Positions 6,675-10,215 of a DNA stretch of 10,215 nucleotides are shown here, piece by piece. Both the position numbers and the translations under genes were made by a program. The stretch is from NCBI GenBank assembly GCA_041736305.1, contig JBGSTX010000302.1, forward strand, positions 1 through 10,215, given 5' to 3'. This DNA comes from Oligoflexus sp. (lineage in GTDB: Bacteria > Bdellovibrionota_B > Oligoflexia > Oligoflexales > Oligoflexaceae). Under the pieces are notes generated by a model that saw only the letters and a list, made by a program, of their open reading frames with translations, searched no databases and was not told where the DNA came from. How positions within the stretch are numbered: position 1 is the stretch's first letter; each line of letters begins with the position of its first letter.

Positions 6675-8048
6675 ATGAAACGATCCCTGTCGCGGCTTTC
6701 GCTAGCCCTGCCTCTTTTTTTGCATCTATCCTGCGGCTCAGGAGCCGATCCATCGGTCAGCGATGAGGCGTGGAATGCGGCGAATAATCCGGTGATTATG
6801 GGCTATAACAAGCTGAAAGCGAGCTACCAGTACACCAACCAGTACGAAAAGCTAGCTCTCAAAGCGCAGATCCCCGTTGCGCCTTGGCCCTCAGACTATT
6901 GGTCGAATCAAAAAGGAGGAGCCTCCTATCGCTGGCAGCCGGGAAACGAGGCCATAAAAAAACTCAAAGCGTCCGATGCATCGGTCAGTGCATCAGCTCT
7001 AAAAAAAGCTGCAGAACCCTTCTACGCCTATCCTGTCTTCGGTGAAACCGATGTAGACATCACGCTAGCCAAACTCTCACCTACGGAAAAATATGATCTG
7101 CTCCGAGGCGACAGTACGTTTTCACTTTCGACTTCAGAGCGCAAGCGTACGGAGGTCATGAAGACGGTTGTGGGAGCTGACGAGTATCAGGCTGATTTCA
7201 AAATTGCTTCCTGGTACGGCCTCTGTCATGCCTGGGCACCTGCATCGTTTCTTTTCAAGCCTGTGGCCGATGTTCAGGTCAAGGGTCCTAATGGTGAGGG
7301 CATTTATTTTTCTGCTGGGGATGTTCAAGCGCTGCTGACTGTTTTCTTGGATCGCGTGAGCCCGAACGACGAGACTCAGTTTCTGGGTGGCCGCTGCGAA
7401 GAGTCTTTTAAAGAGCTGATGAAAAAAGTGCAGGACAAGACTCTGACGGCGGAGGAGTACCTTAAAGCGGTGAACGCGAGCAATTGTAGTGACACCAATG
7501 CAGGTTCTTTCCACATCGTATTGGCCAACCAGATCGGCCGCTTGGCAGAGCCCTTCGTCGTCGATGTCACGCGCGATCAGGAGGTCTGGAATCAGCCGGT
7601 TGTAGCCTATGAATCCCGGGAAGTGGGTGAGTCGGCCCCCAATGCGAACGCAGCGCGGGGGACGGCTAAGATGGTGAAGGTGAAGACGGCGATGTACTAT
7701 GTGAAGGCGATCAATCCCAATATCACAGGCAAGCCCGCCTATGCCTACGACATCGGGCTTTATACTTACTATCTAGAACTCGATGCCAAGGGTGCGATCA
7801 TCGGGGGACAGTGGATCGACAAGGCTAATCCAGTAGTGAACTCTGGCCTCGCCAGCGCGCAGAGCAAAGACCGGCCTGATTTTATGTGGAAGCGGACGCT
7901 GCCGGCTTTCACCGGGACTTATGCTGCCTTGAAGCCTCTATATGAGAGTGCGCAAACGGTCTATGTGAAGCGCAAGTATAAGACCTTTGATCCCATCAAA
8001 GACATGCCGGCTAGCAAGAAAGCTAAACTGGAGGCCTTTTGGAAGTAA
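6675..8048 (+). CDS. Lipoprotein of the transglutaminase elicitor family (Phytophthora GP42 / TGase_elicitor-like)
   Basis: Lipoprotein-type signal ending LHLS-C20. Family motifs PWPSDYW, LSPTEKYD, WYGLCHAWAPAS (catalytic Cys-His, 7224-7229), GDVQALL, FLGGRC, DTNAGSFHIVLANQIG, FVVDVTRDQEVWNQPV, YTYYLELD..G.IIGGQW and RPDFMW. Good RBS. Confidence 0.88.
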   Translation: MKRSLSRLSLALPLFLHLSCGSGADPSVSDEAWNAANNPVIMGYNKLKASYQYTNQYEKLALKAQIPVAPWPSDYWSNQKGGASYRWQPGNEAIKKLKASDASVSASALKKAAEPFYAYPVFGETDVDITLAKLSPTEKYDLLRGDSTFSLSTSERKRTEVMKTVVGADEYQADFKIASWYGLCHAWAPASFLFKPVADVQVKGPNGEGIYFSAGDVQALLTVFLDRVSPNDETQFLGGRCEESFKELMKKVQDKTLTAEEYLKAVNASNCSDTNAGSFHIVLANQIGRLAEPFVVDVTRDQEVWNQPVVAYESREVGESAPNANAARGTAKMVKVKTAMYYVKAINPNITGKPAYAYDIGLYTYYLELDAKGAIIGGQWIDKANPVVNSGLASAQSKDRPDFMWKRTLPAFTGTYAALKPLYESAQTVYVKRKYKTFDPIKDMPASKKAKLEAFWK

Positions 8049-8084
8049 GCTGGGAGATGACGTCGGTAGCGAGGGGGAAAGCGG

Positions 8085-8135
8085 GGCCCTGAACCTGATC
8101 CAGGGCCATATAGGGCGGCGTCAAGCCCCCTGGAT
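8085..8135. terminator. GC-rich stem-loops between convergent genes (possible terminator or 3'-end stabiliser)
   Basis: GGCCCTG (8085-8091) / CAGGGCC (8101-8107), and an alternative ATCCAGGG (8098-8105) / CCCTGGAT (8128-8135). No clear U-tract on either strand. Confidence 0.35.
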
Positions 8136-8142
8136 TCCTAAC

Positions 8143-10032
8143 TTAGGGCAGGCTGAGGGAGCACTGCTCGGTAAGACCTAGCTCAAGATCGCTCTTGTAA
8201 GCCTGGGCCTTCAGCTTCTCGGCGTCAGGGAACATCTTTAAAACGAAGCCTTCCAGAGCGAACTCATCGGCATGGACCACCAGCCGCTGGTTTTTAGCGC
8301 GCATCAGGCGATAGGCCTTGGCCGGGTCGATAAGGGCATTAGCCTTATCACGGCACCGATCCAGGTAGTTGCTGACCTGCGTCGCGAGCTGCGCATTGCT
8401 GGACTTGAGCTTGCTCAGGAGTTCCTCGCTAGCGCCTTTGTTAGTAGCCATGGAGCTCCTAACAGCCTCGGTGATAGCTGCCGCATTGAAGGTCTCGCCC
8501 GTCTTGAAGCTTGCGAGGGGTGTACTAGGAATTTTTTCGAGCAGCGTGCAGCGACGGGTCGAGAAGACAGGATTTGGAAAATCCACCATGAGTACGGCGA
8601 GGGCGAGCTTCTCCTCCACCATACCTTCCGCAACCAGTCGGCTCACGAAATCATCGTCCGCAAAGGAGCGGCTCGGAATGATACCGTGGAACTTGCTGTG
8701 ACGCTGCGCAGCGGCAGCTGGAGTAGCGATGCCCTGGGCATTGAGATAGCCCTGGTAATTCTCGATGAAGGCCGGATCAAGAGTTTTGAATTCGAAGAAT
8801 GGTTTCTCTTTGTCAGTAAAGTCGATGCGTGAAAGGTCGCCGTCATCGGGTCCACCCTCCGCACGGAGACGAGATTCTCCATCCCGCGTAAGCTTCAGGA
8901 TAGGGGTGCCGACTCCGTCGCCTGGTTCGCCGCCGGTTCCCTTAATAAAAGGGCCTCCGAAGCCGCCGCTCCCGCGCTGGCCTTCTTTGAGAGGCATGAG
9001 AAGCCGGCTGAGATAGAGATCCACGGGGACCCAAAGCTCGGCGCTATCTTTCTGCGAGACCAGATTAATCTCAGTTTCGCAGAAGAGAGGTCGAAGCAAG
9101 TGTCGAAGGTTCGGCTCCGATGGCTTCTCGGCGTGCTGAGGCATGTAGATTGCCTCGCCAGCTTTGAGGCGGCGAATCCGCTCTTTATTGATGCCGATCA
9201 GCGAGGCTTTCACTTCCGTTTCGAGGGCCTCCGCAAAGAAGGGTTCGGCCTGAGCAACCGAGCCTTGGTTAAGATTCTTCATGATCGTCACGGGATCTTG
9301 GAAGGCCAGACCTGATCCGAAGCGAAACTGACCCTGACTGGGTCCGTGCCAGTTCGCCCAGGGTTCGCGCAACTCTTTCATCACGAGGCCGCCGCTTATA
9401 TGGCAGCGAGTGCAGGGATGGGAACCTGTCGTCCCGCTCATCTCTGCTACTGGCGCCTGATGAAAGGAGCTGCCGTGATAGGAGAAGTCCGCGTTGCCCT
9501 GGGGACCGGGAGTCTGAGTATAAAAATGTAAGGTCCCACTGCTATCGCTCGAGATGATTTCGAACTTATCCATCTTCTTGTTTACTCCACTCAAAAAGAG
9601 CAGGCGATCGTTGTTGCAGCTCACCCGATCTACGAAGCGCGCGAGGACCGGTTTGCCGTCGGCATTCAGCGCTCGATAATGAGCTTCTTCCGAGACGACC
9701 CAGCGGCTGCGGAACTTACAGCCTGACGCTTCAAGCATCTTTCTGAAATCGTTGTAGCGATTGTCAGTCCGGAGACAAGTGGTGGGGCCTGCAGCCGGCC
9801 GGAGGATGCTTTCTTTCAAAACATCCTTGGATTGATCAAACTGCTGCTGTAGTGAGGGGGGCACATAGATGTCACAGCCGCCGCCCTTCTGATCGTTTTC
9901 GTTGGCCAGCTCGCTTTTTTTCACGCTCTGGCAGCCTGGCTGCGCGACCGATAGCACGAACACCAGTGCGATCGCGAGTGATCCTGCGCTTTGCAGCCAC
10001 CCGGATCTTAGCTTTTTCCTCTCATGAGTCAT
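8143..10032 (-). CDS. Uncharacterised exported protein, probable lipoprotein, with one CxxCH (putative c-type heme) motif
   Basis: 629-aa ORF with RBS GGAAGGA upstream. Basic N-region and hydrophobic stretch ending VAQPG-C34, CTRCH at 9400-9414 followed by GGLVMKELREPWANW, and 11 Cys in total. CDS confidence is high, function confidence is low. Confidence 0.75.
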   Translation of the reverse strand: MTHERKKLRSGWLQSAGSLAIALVFVLSVAQPGCQSVKKSELANENDQKGGGCDIYVPPSLQQQFDQSKDVLKESILRPAAGPTTCLRTDNRYNDFRKMLEASGCKFRSRWVVSEEAHYRALNADGKPVLARFVDRVSCNNDRLLFLSGVNKKMDKFEIISSDSSGTLHFYTQTPGPQGNADFSYHGSSFHQAPVAEMSGTTGSHPCTRCHISGGLVMKELREPWANWHGPSQGQFRFGSGLAFQDPVTIMKNLNQGSVAQAEPFFAEALETEVKASLIGINKERIRRLKAGEAIYMPQHAEKPSEPNLRHLLRPLFCETEINLVSQKDSAELWVPVDLYLSRLLMPLKEGQRGSGGFGGPFIKGTGGEPGDGVGTPILKLTRDGESRLRAEGGPDDGDLSRIDFTDKEKPFFEFKTLDPAFIENYQGYLNAQGIATPAAAAQRHSKFHGIIPSRSFADDDFVSRLVAEGMVEEKLALAVLMVDFPNPVFSTRRCTLLEKIPSTPLASFKTGETFNAAAITEAVRSSMATNKGASEELLSKLKSSNAQLATQVSNYLDRCRDKANALIDPAKAYRLMRAKNQRLVVHADEFALEGFVLKMFPDAEKLKAQAYKSDLELGLTEQCSLSLP

Positions 10033-10203
10033 AATTCTCGTCCTTCCGTAAGGGATTGACTATCGCGAGCGAAAATGAGCTAAAAGATTCAGTTCCCAAA
10101 ACGCGTCTGCAGCTGGCGCTGAGAGCGAAGAGCACGAGGGACCGGCTGAGTCTACGGGAGGTGAACATATTTATTTGACCTCGACTTTCAGGCCGACAAA
10201 GAT

Positions 10204-10211
10204 GGAGGGGG
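10204..10211 (+). promoter_or_regulatory. Probable ribosome-binding site of the next, divergent gene starting beyond the window
   Basis: GGAGGGGG at the window edge, preceded by a GCCGACAA sigma28 -10-like box at 10192-10199. Confidence 0.3.
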
Positions 10212-10215
10212 CAAA

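Noticed and set aside
5335..8070. 12-nt repeat GACGTCGGTAGC at 5335-5346 and 8059-8070, both just after + strand stops
   Set aside because: A few 12-mer repeats are expected by chance in 10 kb. One copy is coding and there is no further flanking similarity, so it is not supportable as a target duplication or att site.
8272..8832. 186-aa ORF and other short ORFs nested in or opposite the main genes
   Set aside because: No motifs or RBS support. Explained by codon bias of the real genes.
8905..8990. Gly-rich stretch in the CxxCH protein as a P-loop, collagen or RTX repeat
   Set aside because: It matches neither GxxxxGK[ST], sustained Gly-X-Y, nor GGxGxD. Most likely a flexible loop.

Overview
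A moderately GC-rich bacterial window with seven genes, mostly encoding envelope or exported proteins. In order: the 3' end of a SH3b-domain protein with an intrinsic terminator; a receiver-GGDEF diguanylate cyclase (- strand, true start probably 1436); a class A penicillin-binding protein (PBP1A-like) abutting an LpoA/LppC-like protein; a secreted pentapeptide-repeat protein (-); a lipoprotein homologous to oomycete GP42/Pep-13 elicitor transglutaminases; and a large uncharacterised exported protein with one CxxCH motif (-). Sigma28(FliA)-like promoter motifs lie upstream of three genes. Gene content suggests a Bdellovibrionota/Oligoflexia-like organism, which is an inference only. I found no mobile element, CRISPR array, tRNA or rRNA. 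The best leads are the PBP1A (lacking the ODD docking domain) plus LpoA-like gene pair, the intact bacterial transglutaminase with a Pep-13-like epitope, and the CxxCH protein. All family calls come from motifs read by eye; no searches were run.
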